A stretch of 62,238 bases of DNA from positions 1 to 62,238 of the forward strand of contig JAYZFV010000032.1 of NCBI GenBank assembly GCA_036336595.1. Reading direction: 5' to 3'. Position 1 is the first letter of the stretch. Each line of letters begins with the position of its first letter. Positions 9,131-18,799 of the stretch are shown one piece after another. The position numbers and the translations under genes are program-made. This DNA is from Thermoplasmatota archaeon. GTDB taxonomy: Archaea > Thermoplasmatota > Poseidoniia > Poseidoniales > Thalassarchaeaceae. The notes under the pieces were generated by a model, which had not been told where the DNA came from, ran no database searches, and worked only from the letters and a program-made list of their open reading frames with translations.

Positions 9131-9880
9131 ATGCTAAGGATAACCGCTAAACAGCAGCTGATGAGGGAGATCGTCGACATTCTCTCCGTGCTCACTGACG
9201 AGGCGAAGCTAGTCTGGGGCGAGAAGGGACTGGGCGTCAGCGTGGTCGATGGTTCCCACGTTGCCCTCCTATCCGCTACTGTCGCCGACGAGTGCTTCGA
9301 GATGTACGAGGTAGAGCCAGTCGAGATTGGCCTCGAACTAGGCAAGATGAGGGATCTCCTCACCCTCGCTGGGCCGAGCGACCTGGTGGAGATGGATTAC
9401 GACGAGGCAGTTGGAGCGATCAACGTCAGGGTGGGAGAGGTCCACCGAATTCTCAGGGGCGTTGATACGAGCACCATGGACGATCCCAACCTCCCCCAAT
9501 TGGACTTCCAATCGAAGGCTGCCATCGACTCCGAGAAGCTCTCAAGAGCGCTTCGTGCCGCGAAGTTCGTAGGCGAGCTGGTGGACCTAAGCATGGATAA
9601 AAACCAGATGACGGTGTCAGTCACTGTAGAGGCTGGTGAGGGCGTGAACGTCCGCTTCGAATCTGGAGAATTGAGTGAATTGGCCTGCGCCTCCCCCACG
9701 CACTCGACCTACTCCCTGCAGTTCCTCGACCCGCTCACAAGGAAACTCGCGGGTGGGCTGACGAACGAGGTCACTCTTGAGTTCCAGGACAAGTACCCAC
9801 TCAGACTGACTTGGATGAGCAATGAGGGCGGTGCGAAATGGACCTACTTCCTGGCACCAAGAGTGATGAATGACCCGTGA
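9131..9880 (+). CDS. pcn: DNA polymerase sliding clamp (PCNA)
   Basis: LVWGEKGLGVSVVDGSHVALLSATVADECFEMYEV..IGLELGKMRDLL and YSLQFLDPLTRKL..VTLEFQDKYPLRL match the two-domain PCNA pattern. First ATG at 9131 (a GTG at 9125 is also possible). Confidence 0.9.
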   Translation: MLRITAKQQLMREIVDILSVLTDEAKLVWGEKGLGVSVVDGSHVALLSATVADECFEMYEVEPVEIGLELGKMRDLLTLAGPSDLVEMDYDEAVGAINVRVGEVHRILRGVDTSTMDDPNLPQLDFQSKAAIDSEKLSRALRAAKFVGELVDLSMDKNQMTVSVTVEAGEGVNVRFESGELSELACASPTHSTYSLQFLDPLTRKLAGGLTNEVTLEFQDKYPLRLTWMSNEGGAKWTYFLAPRVMNDP

Positions 9881-9913
9881 ACTCATCAATGAGGCCCCTC
9901 AGGCAAAACTGAG

Positions 9914-10999
9914 ATGGTTGCTAGCGTCTGCGTCATCGTCCCAACAATCCGTAACGCTGTTGAGCTGGGAGTAGCGTTGGACGGACTATCCAACCAGACC
10001 CATCCTGAGGTCGACGTCCTAGTGGTAGGGCCGGACGACGACCCGGGGCGCCAAGTCACGGAGTCCAAGGGTGTGCGCTACCTGGGTGACATGGGTTCGC
10101 GGACCAGGGCGGATGCCTGCAACGTCGCGATAGAAGCCACGGAGTCCGAAATCGTTCTGTTCACCGATGACGACGTGATCGTCCCCGATGACTGGGTTGC
10201 CAATCTAGTGAGGTGGTTCGATCGGCCCGAGGTAGCAGGTGTGGGAGGGCCGAACTTCGCACCCCTAGAGTCGTCGACGCTGTGGCAGCGAGTGATTGAC
10301 GTCTCCTTTTGCAATCGCGTCTTCACAGCAGGTACCAACTACGGCAGGCAAGCTAGGGGCCGCCTCGAGGAGGTTGAGCAGCTCCCCGGCGTGAACTCCG
10401 CATACAGGAGGTCTGTGCTTACGGAGGTTGGTGGGTTCGATTCTGGTGCGATTGGCGCGGAGGACGTGATACTGGACCATAGGATCAGGGTAGCGGGACA
10501 CAGGCTATGGTCCGATGGAAGTGCGGTTATGTGGCACAGACGGCGCAATCTCGGCCGTGTAAAGAGGCAAATCCGCAACTACGGACTGGTCAGGACTCTT
10601 GCCAGCATGGAGTACCCGGGGCTCTGGGGCTGGAGCCACATGCTCGTTGCCGTATTCCCCCCCTTGGTCCTCCTCTCCTTCTCCCTGTTCGTCTGGGGTG
10701 CTCTGAACGGTGGTCTGGCGTGGCCTGAGTTCTGGGACATCTCTGCGGAAGCCGTGCCAATGGGCCCGGAGAGGGTGGCTGTACACCAACTCCCGACACT
10801 CGCTGTCGTGTACAACCTAATCGCGTGGTTCGGGGCGGCTAGTGGGAGTTCTCCGAATCGAGCTCCCTTGACCGTGTTCCTCTCCTCCGTAGTGACCTAC
10901 ATGCTACATTGGAACTACGGATTGGGCATCCTGCAGGGTCGGTGGAGGATATTTACGGGTCGTCCTGGCCTCCAGATTGACGATAGGGCCAGAGGCTAG
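9914..10999 (+). CDS. Family 2 glycosyltransferase with C-terminal membrane domain
   Basis: VCVIVPTIRN...LSNQTHPEVDVLVVGPDDD...LFTDDDVIVPDDW (DxD) GT-A fold signature, followed by several TM helices. Confidence 0.8.
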   Translation: MVASVCVIVPTIRNAVELGVALDGLSNQTHPEVDVLVVGPDDDPGRQVTESKGVRYLGDMGSRTRADACNVAIEATESEIVLFTDDDVIVPDDWVANLVRWFDRPEVAGVGGPNFAPLESSTLWQRVIDVSFCNRVFTAGTNYGRQARGRLEEVEQLPGVNSAYRRSVLTEVGGFDSGAIGAEDVILDHRIRVAGHRLWSDGSAVMWHRRRNLGRVKRQIRNYGLVRTLASMEYPGLWGWSHMLVAVFPPLVLLSFSLFVWGALNGGLAWPEFWDISAEAVPMGPERVAVHQLPTLAVVYNLIAWFGAASGSSPNRAPLTVFLSSVVTYMLHWNYGLGILQGRWRIFTGRPGLQIDDRARG

Positions 11000-11001
11000 A
11001 C

Positions 11002-12903
11002 TCAGACTTCGGCCACGCTCAGCTCACCGGTTTGGATTGACCATTGGGAGGCGTAGACATTGTCGTTGTCCAGAAGTTCGTTGTGAGTTCCACGCTCGAC
11101 AATTGCTCCATCGACCATGGCGACGATCTCGTCCGCGTTGCGAATCGTAGCGAGGCGATGGGCCACTGCGATGGTGATCCTCTGCTCGTGCCCGTTGGAG
11201 CCGCCGAACAGAGACTGCTGGATGCGCTTCTCGGTCTCGGAGTCGAGAGAGGCGCTGGCCTCATCTAGGATTAGCAGGTCCGGGTCCTTTAGAAGGGCTC
11301 GAGAGAGGCTGATTCGGGCACGCTGTCCGCCGGAGAGCATTACCCCCCTATCGCCCACCATGGTGTCTAGGCCATCGGGCAGCTCGGACACGAACTCCCA
11401 AGCGCCAGCTGTCTCGAGGGCCTGTTGGACCTGCTCGTCTGAGGTCTCGCGGGCATAGGCGACGTTGTCGCGAACGGTACCGAAGAACATGAATGGATCC
11501 TGCGAGACGAAGCCGACTCGATCTCGGACCGATTCTATCGCGTAGTCGTTGATGTCTATGCCGTTTACCAGTACCCTGCCTTGCTGGGGCTCGTAGAAGC
11601 GCTCAACGAGCTTGAGGATGGTGCTCTTTCCCGCCCCGGTGTGGCCCATCACGCCGAGGAAGTCGCCCGAAGACGCGGAGAAAGAAATCCCGTTAAGCGC
11701 GTTGACCTTGGATGTAGGGTAGGCGAACGTCACATCGTCGAAGGAGATCGACCTGATTGGGGCATTGAGCGGAATCGCGTCTGGCTTGTCGAAAATCGAT
11801 GGCTCCAAGTCAATTAGCGCGAACACGCGCTTTGAGGCCGCTTCTCCTCTCTGGAGTTGGTTCAGCAGCATCCCGAGTATGAACATCGGCATGGTCATCC
11901 TCGTTGAAATGAGGAGGAAGGTGACGAACTGCCCGACGGTGATTTCACCGGACTCCATCAGCCATCCACCGGCCGATACCAACAGCCCGAAGGAGAGGCC
12001 TGCGACAACGTAGATGCCGGGGATGAACCGGTTGCGCAGGTTGGAGGCATGAATGGCTTGATCCCTGTATTCGCCGCTCTCGCCCTCGACGCGGGAGCGC
12101 TCGAATGCGCTGGCGTTGTAGGCCTGTACGACTGTGATTCCAGAGAGAACGTTCTCGAGGATCGCGACGATTCCACCTGTGCTCTCTCGTTGCTTCCTGT
12201 ATCGCCGCTGGACCCGGGTCGAGAACCAAACCACCATGGGTATGATGAGAACCAACGGGATGAATAGAATCAGTGCCAGCTTCGCGGACATCCAGAACAT
12301 TATCGCGAAGGCCGTGGTGAAGGTGATGACGATTCGAATCATACTGGTACTGGAATCGGAGACGATGTCCTCCAGTTGTGCGACGTCGGCCGACAGCACA
12401 GACATCAGATTGCCTGTCTGCCGAGTCTCGAAGTAGGAGGCTTCCATCGCCATCAGGCTCGTGGTCGCATCCATCCTGATGTCGTGCTGGACCTTGTAGG
12501 CCGTCGACTGCCAGAGGTACTCGCTGATGCCTTGGAAAACAGCGAGAAAAGAGAAGGAGACGAGGATCAGTAGGCCGAAGCCGATTTCGACAGAAGCTAT
12601 CGGTCCGATCGAAGGCAGGAGGTCAGAGTTGACAAGGGACTCTATTGTCGAGTCGGTGTAGACCCTGTTCTGGTAGTAGTCAGCGGCCATCCCGATTGCG
12701 ATGAAAGGTATGAGGTCGAAGGCCCGGGCCGCGGCGTTGGCCGCAATGCCCCCCATGGCCCTCCTCCAGTAGCGCTTGATGTAGGGCACTATCCGCCAAA
12801 TCTTGCGGCCGACCACCTGCTTCTCGTCTGAGAGGTCGGACTCGTCCTTACTGATTCCAATTCTCCCTGAGTCGGTTCCTCCGTCCTTGTCTGACACAGT
12901 CAA
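11002..12903 (-). CDS. ABC exporter, fused permease/ATPase (MsbA/ABCB-like)
   Basis: Six-TM N-terminal domain. Walker A GHTGAGKST, signature LSGGQRARISLSRAL, Walker B LLILDEASASLD. Confidence 0.9.
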   Translation of the reverse strand: MTVSDKDGGTDSGRIGISKDESDLSDEKQVVGRKIWRIVPYIKRYWRRAMGGIAANAAARAFDLIPFIAIGMAADYYQNRVYTDSTIESLVNSDLLPSIGPIASVEIGFGLLILVSFSFLAVFQGISEYLWQSTAYKVQHDIRMDATTSLMAMEASYFETRQTGNLMSVLSADVAQLEDIVSDSSTSMIRIVITFTTAFAIMFWMSAKLALILFIPLVLIIPMVVWFSTRVQRRYRKQRESTGGIVAILENVLSGITVVQAYNASAFERSRVEGESGEYRDQAIHASNLRNRFIPGIYVVAGLSFGLLVSAGGWLMESGEITVGQFVTFLLISTRMTMPMFILGMLLNQLQRGEAASKRVFALIDLEPSIFDKPDAIPLNAPIRSISFDDVTFAYPTSKVNALNGISFSASSGDFLGVMGHTGAGKSTILKLVERFYEPQQGRVLVNGIDINDYAIESVRDRVGFVSQDPFMFFGTVRDNVAYARETSDEQVQQALETAGAWEFVSELPDGLDTMVGDRGVMLSGGQRARISLSRALLKDPDLLILDEASASLDSETEKRIQQSLFGGSNGHEQRITIAVAHRLATIRNADEIVAMVDGAIVERGTHNELLDNDNVYASQWSIQTGELSVAEV

Positions 12904-12953
12904 CGGGGGGAGCGAGCACCGTTTGAATGCATCAGTCAGAGAATTTGATTTCG

Positions 12954-13027
12954 TGGTGCGCCGGCCGGGATTTGAACCCGGGCCATGAGCTTGGAAGGCT
13001 CAGATGCTACCCCTACATCACCGACGC
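12954..13027 (-). tRNA. tRNA-Gly (anticodon UCC), CCA encoded
   Basis: Hand-folded cloverleaf on the minus strand. Acceptor GCGUCGG/CCGGCGC (one G-U). D arm AUGU-AGGGGUA-GCAU. Anticodon arm UGAGC-CUUCCAA-GCUCA (UCC at 34-36). T arm CCGGG-UUCAAAU-CCCGG. Discriminator A plus CCA; 74 nt. Confidence 0.9.
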
Positions 13028-13300
13028 TCGAGCAGTCGAGCATCGACCCGCTATAAACCGATTCGGTGTTCTCACAGGCCTTCAAAAGCGAGAGCGTGCG
13101 GCAACGGGCATGCTGGTCCGGCAGCGTCTTGGAATAGCGGTGATGATCTTGTTTCTCCCCATCAATGGCCCTCTGTGGAGGATGGCTATCGAGTCTCTTG
13201 GGCGGACCATCCCCCTCGGCGAGTTCTCTTTCTTCGCCCTTTCAGTTCTGCTGTTCGTTATTGGTGCCCTGATGACCTTCACTCCCGAACTGGAGTTGGG

Positions 13301-14185
13301 TCAAAGGCCATAGAGGGCCTTGGGCCAGTCTACGTGGATATTTGTCATCAGATTGGTGACCTCGTCCTCATCCCATCCGCCCGAGAGCAGAGAGTCGCAG
13401 AGCTCGCGGGTCCTCCTTGGCACGGTCTTCGGTCCCAGAACCGCCCCCGGCCTGCGCGGGTCGTCGAGGTAGTCAGTCTCCATGCCCCATGGGGAACAGG
13501 CACTTCGAGCACTCCCGGTCAGTGCCTCCACGCTACCCTTGCCAACACTTACCGTAGCTGACAGACCGTGAGTGAACCCTGCGCTGACGTCGGCCGGGGC
13601 ATAGTGCCTGACTGCCTGGTCCAATGGAAGACCGGCCTTACCACAGAGCTCGGAGAGCCCCCTGCAGGTCTTCTCCCCGTTGTCCTCGACATGCAACTGT
13701 ATTGTCACGCCTGCGCCTGAGGCCATCGACATGACCTCGAGTAGGAGGTCGTTGGCGGCTGTCCAAGTCATCTCGTCCACGGGATAGTGGGGGCGGCCGA
13801 CTTCGCCGAGGCAGTCTGCCTCGTCGGCCTCGATGTGGTCCAAAGCTAGACCGACTGCCTCGATGTGGAGTTCAGTCGAACGCTCCAGGCCAAGCGGTTC
13901 GATCTGATGCTCCCAGGCCACGGGATGGGGGCCGAGTGCCACGCCCACGTCAATGCCGTGAGTGGCCCTGACCTCGTCGGCCATGTCCAAGGTCTCGGAG
14001 TAAGCGGTTCGGTAGCCATCGATGTCGGTTGGTAAGGCCCCTGAAAACCCGGGTTTGTGCACCAGCATGATTCCGGTTCCTCCACTCTGCACGAAATCGG
14101 AGATTGCCGCCAGAAATCTGTTCTCACGGTCCAAATGCATGTGTTGGTCTATGATTGGTCCTTTCCACACTCCGCCTTCGAGCAT
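13301..14185 (-). CDS. TatD-related metal-dependent hydrolase
   Basis: IIDQHMHLD (HxH metal motif) at the N-terminus, later LHVED and HY..AD motifs, TIM-barrel amidohydrolase-like. ATG at 14185 sits 2 nt after the upstream stop; the longer ORF to 14329 overlaps the upstream gene. Confidence 0.72.
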   Translation of the reverse strand: MLEGGVWKGPIIDQHMHLDRENRFLAAISDFVQSGGTGIMLVHKPGFSGALPTDIDGYRTAYSETLDMADEVRATHGIDVGVALGPHPVAWEHQIEPLGLERSTELHIEAVGLALDHIEADEADCLGEVGRPHYPVDEMTWTAANDLLLEVMSMASGAGVTIQLHVEDNGEKTCRGLSELCGKAGLPLDQAVRHYAPADVSAGFTHGLSATVSVGKGSVEALTGSARSACSPWGMETDYLDDPRRPGAVLGPKTVPRRTRELCDSLLSGGWDEDEVTNLMTNIHVDWPKALYGL

Positions 14186-14189
14186 GATC

Positions 14190-14717
14190 TCACGCCAAAG
14201 CGCCTTCAGCCTCGAGTTGGGAGGACCAGTAGTCGACGGCCATCTCCGCAACGCTCCTAGATGGCTGTCCGAGGACCAGCCCCCGCCCATTGTTGAACAG
14301 CAGGATCGTGCATCTGTGCCTCTTCGCATCTATCCTGAGCGCATCCAACATGAGATCGTGCTCTGCCTCGGAGAATCTCTCCCCTGCGAGTCCTAGGAGA
14401 ACTGCCCTGCCGAGAGAGAAGCTCGCTAGCATGTCTCCCTTCTCAACGATCAGTCCGGACTCTGGCATGCCGATGCCGAGGAGGAACTCCTCAGCGATCA
14501 GGGTAGCCGCCTCGATGTTGGTTATGCCGTGGACTAAGATCGAGCCCTGAGGCTCGATGACAAGAGTGGCGCGGGGGTTCTCGTGCCCGACTACGGCGTA
14601 GGCCCCGTTGCTTCGTCCTCCACCCAATTGTACGGCATCTTCGAGGGTGACCGGGATAAGGGGGATGAATCGGAAGGCCTGTGTCTCGACCTCAATGTAG
14701 GCTCGTTCCTCGGTCAC
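14190..14717 (-). CDS. Divergent two-repeat TBP-fold (TATA-binding-protein-like) protein
   Basis: Two internal repeats each end in a TBP-like strand-turn-strand-helix pattern: PRATLVIEPQGSILVHGITNIEAATLIAEEFL and HRCTILLFNNGRGLVLGQPSRSVAEMAVDYWSSQL (compare TBP ..KVALLIFSSGKLVVTGAKS.ED...A...). Overall identity to canonical TBP is low. Confidence 0.45.
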   Translation of the reverse strand: MTEERAYIEVETQAFRFIPLIPVTLEDAVQLGGGRSNGAYAVVGHENPRATLVIEPQGSILVHGITNIEAATLIAEEFLLGIGMPESGLIVEKGDMLASFSLGRAVLLGLAGERFSEAEHDLMLDALRIDAKRHRCTILLFNNGRGLVLGQPSRSVAEMAVDYWSSQLEAEGALA

Positions 14718-15637
14718 GCCTCTGCCTCCATTGTCTCCACTGCCCGGCAGGCCAAGAGGCTAGCCTCGATGGCGGGGACATGGGCCTGTTGAACGGGTGC
14801 CAATAGTGTGGTCCCCTGTGTTCCGCTTTCATCAATCCTGCTGTTTCTGAGATCTGACAACGCACCTCTCAGACGCGCAGCGATGCGCACATCCCTCTCT
14901 GCGACGAGTGCTTCCGTCAATCCTTGTCGCTCTTCTAGCCACCAAGCGGCGCACACTGTGGCTGCTGCACCTAGGTCGGCGTCTATCCTCTTGGATGGTG
15001 TGACTTTTGGGATGGCCATCTTGCGTGACTTGGCCCACCTTTTCGACCTCCCTATGGTAGCAAGTAGGTTGCGTATTCTGACTTGCTCGTCTGCGCATCT
15101 TGAGAGCCAGTCCGCCCATTCCCCGTCGTCCAAATCGGGGATTACGGAGTAGATGGGCATCCCGCCCCTGGAGTTCTGTGCATGGTGCAGAAGGCGAATT
15201 GGCTCAGGGTCGGGGATAGCCGGGCCCTCCACCTCCAAGTCCCGTAGGTCCTTGACCAGAATACCAAGGGTGGTTCCGGAGGCAGCGGCGGACTCGACGT
15301 GGACGCCGGGGCTGCGTTTGTCCTCCTCCTCCTCTTCCTTCATCGCTTCGAGTTCGTCAGAGGATGCCAGGAGGGCCAAGCCATCCCATTCACGAGGCCT
15401 CAAGGAGGCTGGCATCCTGATGCACGGCAGGTAGGGCCACAACACGATTGTGCCGCCATCGGGATCCTCATGGACTGAGGGTTTCCAGCGCAATTCCGGT
15501 ATGGCCACACGCTCCCGAGACGTCGCCGTCGGTTCAATACAACGGTGAAATCGGAATTGCCGAGTTCGAAATACTGTAGCATTCAAGGGTGATGGGCTTT
15601 TGAACAGGACTGATGGAGATCGATGGGCCCTACTCAC
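14714..15637 (-). CDS. Hypothetical protein (TraB/PrgY-like C-terminal remnant)
   Basis: The C-terminus VAERDVRIAARLRGAL...TTLLAPVQQAHVPAIEASL resembles the ERDxxMA...GxGH..GI end of TraB-family proteins. Acidic linker EEEEEDK. The start is uncertain: the ATG at 15637 overlaps the opposite-strand thioesterase, and GTG 15508 is an alternative. Confidence 0.4.
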   Translation of the reverse strand: MSRAHRSPSVLFKSPSPLNATVFRTRQFRFHRCIEPTATSRERVAIPELRWKPSVHEDPDGGTIVLWPYLPCIRMPASLRPREWDGLALLASSDELEAMKEEEEEDKRSPGVHVESAAASGTTLGILVKDLRDLEVEGPAIPDPEPIRLLHHAQNSRGGMPIYSVIPDLDDGEWADWLSRCADEQVRIRNLLATIGRSKRWAKSRKMAIPKVTPSKRIDADLGAAATVCAAWWLEERQGLTEALVAERDVRIAARLRGALSDLRNSRIDESGTQGTTLLAPVQQAHVPAIEASLLACRAVETMEAEA

Positions 15638-16068
15638 TCGAACCTGTGGTTTTGCTGAATGAGGTGTTTCCTGGCCACACCAATGCCTTGAACACGCTCT
15701 ACGGTGGAAGGCTGATGTCGATAATGGACACTGCTGCGGGAATGTCGGCTTCGAAGTTCGCTCATCGGGAGTTCGTCACCGTTTCTGTAGATGCCCTGAA
15801 GTTCAGGAGGCCGGCATTCCAAGGTGACGTCATTAGGACCACAGCTAGGGTTGTGTGGACTTCCCCGAGGACTGCGGGCGTCCACGTGGTCTCATGCAGG
15901 CTCTCGCGTTCGGAGTGGGAGGGGGAGGAGATTTGCTCCGGCTTCTACTTCATGGTCGCGATCGATGAGTCGATGAAGCCTGTTCAGATTCCCCAGTTCA
16001 CGCCAGAGACAGATGAAGAGAAGGCCTTGTGGGAGATGGCGGATGCAGCTCGAGAAGCCATGAGATGA
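15613..16068 (+). CDS. Acyl-CoA thioesterase (hotdog fold, YciA-like)
   Basis: FPGHTNALNTLYGGRLMSIMDTAAGMSASKFAHREFVTVSVDALKFRRPAFQGDVI matches the acyl-CoA hydrolase hotdog signature. Confidence 0.85.
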   Translation: MEIDGPYSLEPVVLLNEVFPGHTNALNTLYGGRLMSIMDTAAGMSASKFAHREFVTVSVDALKFRRPAFQGDVIRTTARVVWTSPRTAGVHVVSCRLSRSEWEGEEICSGFYFMVAIDESMKPVQIPQFTPETDEEKALWEMADAAREAMR

Positions 16069-16186
16069 CCGGCGATTGCATGCCACTGCAACGTTACGGC
16101 GATGACTCCGCAGTGCTACAAGTGGTTCAGCTGGTTCCTCCAATGCCCATGCACTTATACCCTGCAAGAGCCGCTCAAGACACGGG

Positions 16187-17836
16187 ATGTACTTAGCCGG
16201 GCCTAAAGGCCCGACGGAGAAGAGGAATGCGGAGCTAATCGGCGGACTCTCCTTAGTCGGGACGCGAGGAACCTTCTGCGCTGTTCTAACGGAGCGTCAG
16301 CTGACCATCGAGAGGTTCGATGGTAAAGGCGTCAGGCTAGACTTGGCTGCAATAGACAGGATGAGGCATCTGAAGGTCCCTCTCCTCCCTGCTGGAACCG
16401 TGCCACTGGGTGTTCTGATCATCTACCTCGGAATAACCACAATCGTGTCACCATGGCAATGGGTAGCAATCGGGGCAGGTACTTTCGTCATCACGTTAAA
16501 CTTCCTGTCCAGGTATTCCATATTGGCAATCGAGACCAGTTCGGGGGATCGGCATCTAGTCTCTGGAGATGAGGGGAATCTGCTCAAACTGTGCATGATG
16601 GTCGATAGGGTGAGGCACGGGAGCACGATCGAGGAAGCTCTCGTAGGCTTGGAGAGCTTGGAGACTGAACTGCCCACATTCCCAGCCCTGAGGGACGCCA
16701 AGGGGCTTCTTCCAGTTCCAGCGGAGATGCAATCGGAGACAAATTCGGTATTGTCTGCGGGCCCTGTGACTGGGGTTCACCGTGACACCGTGAAGATGGA
16801 GGAAGAGCCAATTGTCCTGGACGAGCCCGCTGAACCGCCGCACGTCATGAGCCTGGATCGCGAGCCCGAGGCCGTCCAGACCTCCCTGGACCAGCACGGT
16901 CCAATCGTCACATCGTCACAAAATGCCTACGAGAGAGCATGGGGTGGAAGGCAGGCGCCCTCATGGTATGCGGAGAAGGACCTCGACAAAATCAGGGGAA
17001 ACAGGATAGATTCGGCCGTCACGGACGCCGCCCAGGGTTTGGACCTCTTCGCCAGTGGGGGAATCTTCGACTCCGATTCACCAACCGTGACCCAGGAAGA
17101 AAGTGGACTCCTGCCTTCCTTAGAATTTGACGATATGGACGCTGCTCTCCCCTATACGCAACGCAGTATGTCTAGCTCTCAAATGATCAAGATGGCCCAC
17201 GGCATATCGGGAGTTCCGGACGAGCCTTACCGTAGGCCCATCCTACCTCCGCCGACAGAAGAGGCAGTGCGAGAGGAATGCAAGGCGGGTGTCGTGCGTC
17301 AGGCGAGAGCAAAGCAGGAGTTGAATCAACGAACGAGCTTCGAGATTATGCAGCAATCAGCGAGCCTGGAAGAATACCCCGCATTGAACAAGTTGGCCGC
17401 AACCATGGGGTCCAACAGAATATCGAAGAGTAACAGGGGGGTAAGGGGATTTTCCTCAGGCTGGCTAGGCAGGCTCCTGAGGCCCAGCGGCGGAGTCCCT
17501 GGGGCATATTCACCTAATCGGGGGGGCGTAAGTGCGATTGGCAAGGAGTCGAAAAAGGATCTTGCCCGCTTCCAGTCGTCGCAACACATGAGGCTCAGGA
17601 GCGACCAGGATCACCAAGCCGAAGTCGGAGCGAGGATCAGGGGGATGCAGTCAGCAACCGGGGCGTCATCTGCACGAGACACCCTAGATTCCATCGTCTC
17701 GAGGTTGGCGAGCGGCGAAGAGGAGTCCCCCAGGTTGCTCGAAGCGGCGAACGAAACGCTCAGATTCAGCCAACTCAAGCCCACTTCCTCCAAGGAGGAC
17801 CCGCACCCTCTGCCAGGAATCAGACGGCTTGGGTGA
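16187..17836 (+). CDS. Hypothetical membrane-anchored protein with a long low-complexity tail
   Basis: About 60 aa soluble N-terminus, two TM helices (LLPAGTVPLGVLIIYLGITTIV; WVAIGAGTFVITLNFL), then about 400 aa of Ser/Pro/Glu/Arg-rich sequence with no recognisable domain. Confidence 0.45.
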   Translation: MYLAGPKGPTEKRNAELIGGLSLVGTRGTFCAVLTERQLTIERFDGKGVRLDLAAIDRMRHLKVPLLPAGTVPLGVLIIYLGITTIVSPWQWVAIGAGTFVITLNFLSRYSILAIETSSGDRHLVSGDEGNLLKLCMMVDRVRHGSTIEEALVGLESLETELPTFPALRDAKGLLPVPAEMQSETNSVLSAGPVTGVHRDTVKMEEEPIVLDEPAEPPHVMSLDREPEAVQTSLDQHGPIVTSSQNAYERAWGGRQAPSWYAEKDLDKIRGNRIDSAVTDAAQGLDLFASGGIFDSDSPTVTQEESGLLPSLEFDDMDAALPYTQRSMSSSQMIKMAHGISGVPDEPYRRPILPPPTEEAVREECKAGVVRQARAKQELNQRTSFEIMQQSASLEEYPALNKLAATMGSNRISKSNRGVRGFSSGWLGRLLRPSGGVPGAYSPNRGGVSAIGKESKKDLARFQSSQHMRLRSDQDHQAEVGARIRGMQSATGASSARDTLDSIVSRLASGEEESPRLLEAANETLRFSQLKPTSSKEDPHPLPGIRRLG

Positions 17837-18799
17837 TTACAGGCCGACGATTCTGCGAAACCTGTCCAGCCTCGCATGATATAGGCCCCGCTCCAGACCT
17901 TGTAACTTTGAGGAGCCGAGTCCCCCAATTGTGAAAGATGAAGTGACAACAGCGTGAACCAGGGCCGTACGAATCGCCTCGACGTCGTTCAAGGCCCCGG
18001 ACCTGCCCGAGATGTTCGCGAGGAAGGCCCCCGCAAAGGAATCCCCGCAACCTGTAGGGTCGACGATGTCGTTGGTCGGGAAGGCTGGCAGAGAGAAGAT
18101 CCCACAAGGGAAGTTGGCCAGAACCCCACTGGAGCCTCGCTTGATGATCAAGGCACTCGGACCCTTGCCAGCGGATTCGCCTCCGTGGAGAGCAGAGCCG
18201 GACAGGATGGGTTGAATTGCTCGAGTAAAAACGTCCTCGCCCGAAATCGCACAGACCTCCTCTTCGTTTAGAATGGCGATATCGGCCTTTCTCAGTGCCA
18301 GTGAGAGCTGCTCGAACTCGGTTTCGATCCACATCATGAAGGTGTCAACCGCCGATATCTCCACATTCGGGCATTGGTCAAGGACGGAAACCTGTGATCT
18401 AGGATGCGTATTGGCGCAGAAGAGTACCTTCGGGGAAGTCCATGGACCGGGGATCTCAGGATCGAAGTCACCCAGAACGTTCACCTCGGTGGAGATGGTC
18501 TCCACATTTTCCATCGTACCCCCATACCTCCCCGACCACCTGAACGTCTTGCCATCCAACCTCGATACTCCTGAGAAGTCCAGACCCACTCCCTCTAGCA
18601 TTGACTGGTGCCGCTCGGAGAAATCGGTTCCTACGGGGGCCACTAACCCTACTCGGGGCGTTCGACTGGGAGCCACTGGCATGTGGAATGAGGCCGAGAT
18701 ACCGGCGTGCACTGCTGAGCCGCCTAGTATGTCTGAGCCACTAGCGAACGCGGTCTCGATGTCGTCGTAGCCAATGCTCCCGACGATGACCATCTCCAA
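17837..18799 (-). CDS. PfkB-family carbohydrate/nucleoside kinase
   Basis: C-terminal signature DPTGCGDSFAGAFLA and N-terminal GG-type motif (VGSIGYDDI..GGSAVHAG). Confidence 0.85.
   Translation of the reverse strand: MEMVIVGSIGYDDIETAFASGSDILGGSAVHAGISASFHMPVAPSRTPRVGLVAPVGTDFSERHQSMLEGVGLDFSGVSRLDGKTFRWSGRYGGTMENVETISTEVNVLGDFDPEIPGPWTSPKVLFCANTHPRSQVSVLDQCPNVEISAVDTFMMWIETEFEQLSLALRKADIAILNEEEVCAISGEDVFTRAIQPILSGSALHGGESAGKGPSALIIKRGSSGVLANFPCGIFSLPAFPTNDIVDPTGCGDSFAGAFLANISGRSGALNDVEAIRTALVHAVVTSSFTIGGLGSSKLQGLERGLYHARLDRFRRIVGL

Noticed and set aside
12954-13027. tRNA-Gly as an integration site of a mobile element.
   Set aside because: No integrase, recombinase or direct repeat of the tRNA 3' end was seen on either side. 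The flanking genes are ordinary (an ABC exporter and a TatD-like hydrolase).
12803-13561. ORFs 12803..12988, 12927..13313 and 13004..13561 on the plus strand around the tRNA.
   Set aside because: They overlap the well-folded tRNA-Gly and/or the TatD-like gene. Only the tail 13110..13313 (MLVRQRLGIAVMILFLPING..., a possible 67-aa two-TM peptide) is conceivable, and it has no support beyond hydrophobicity.
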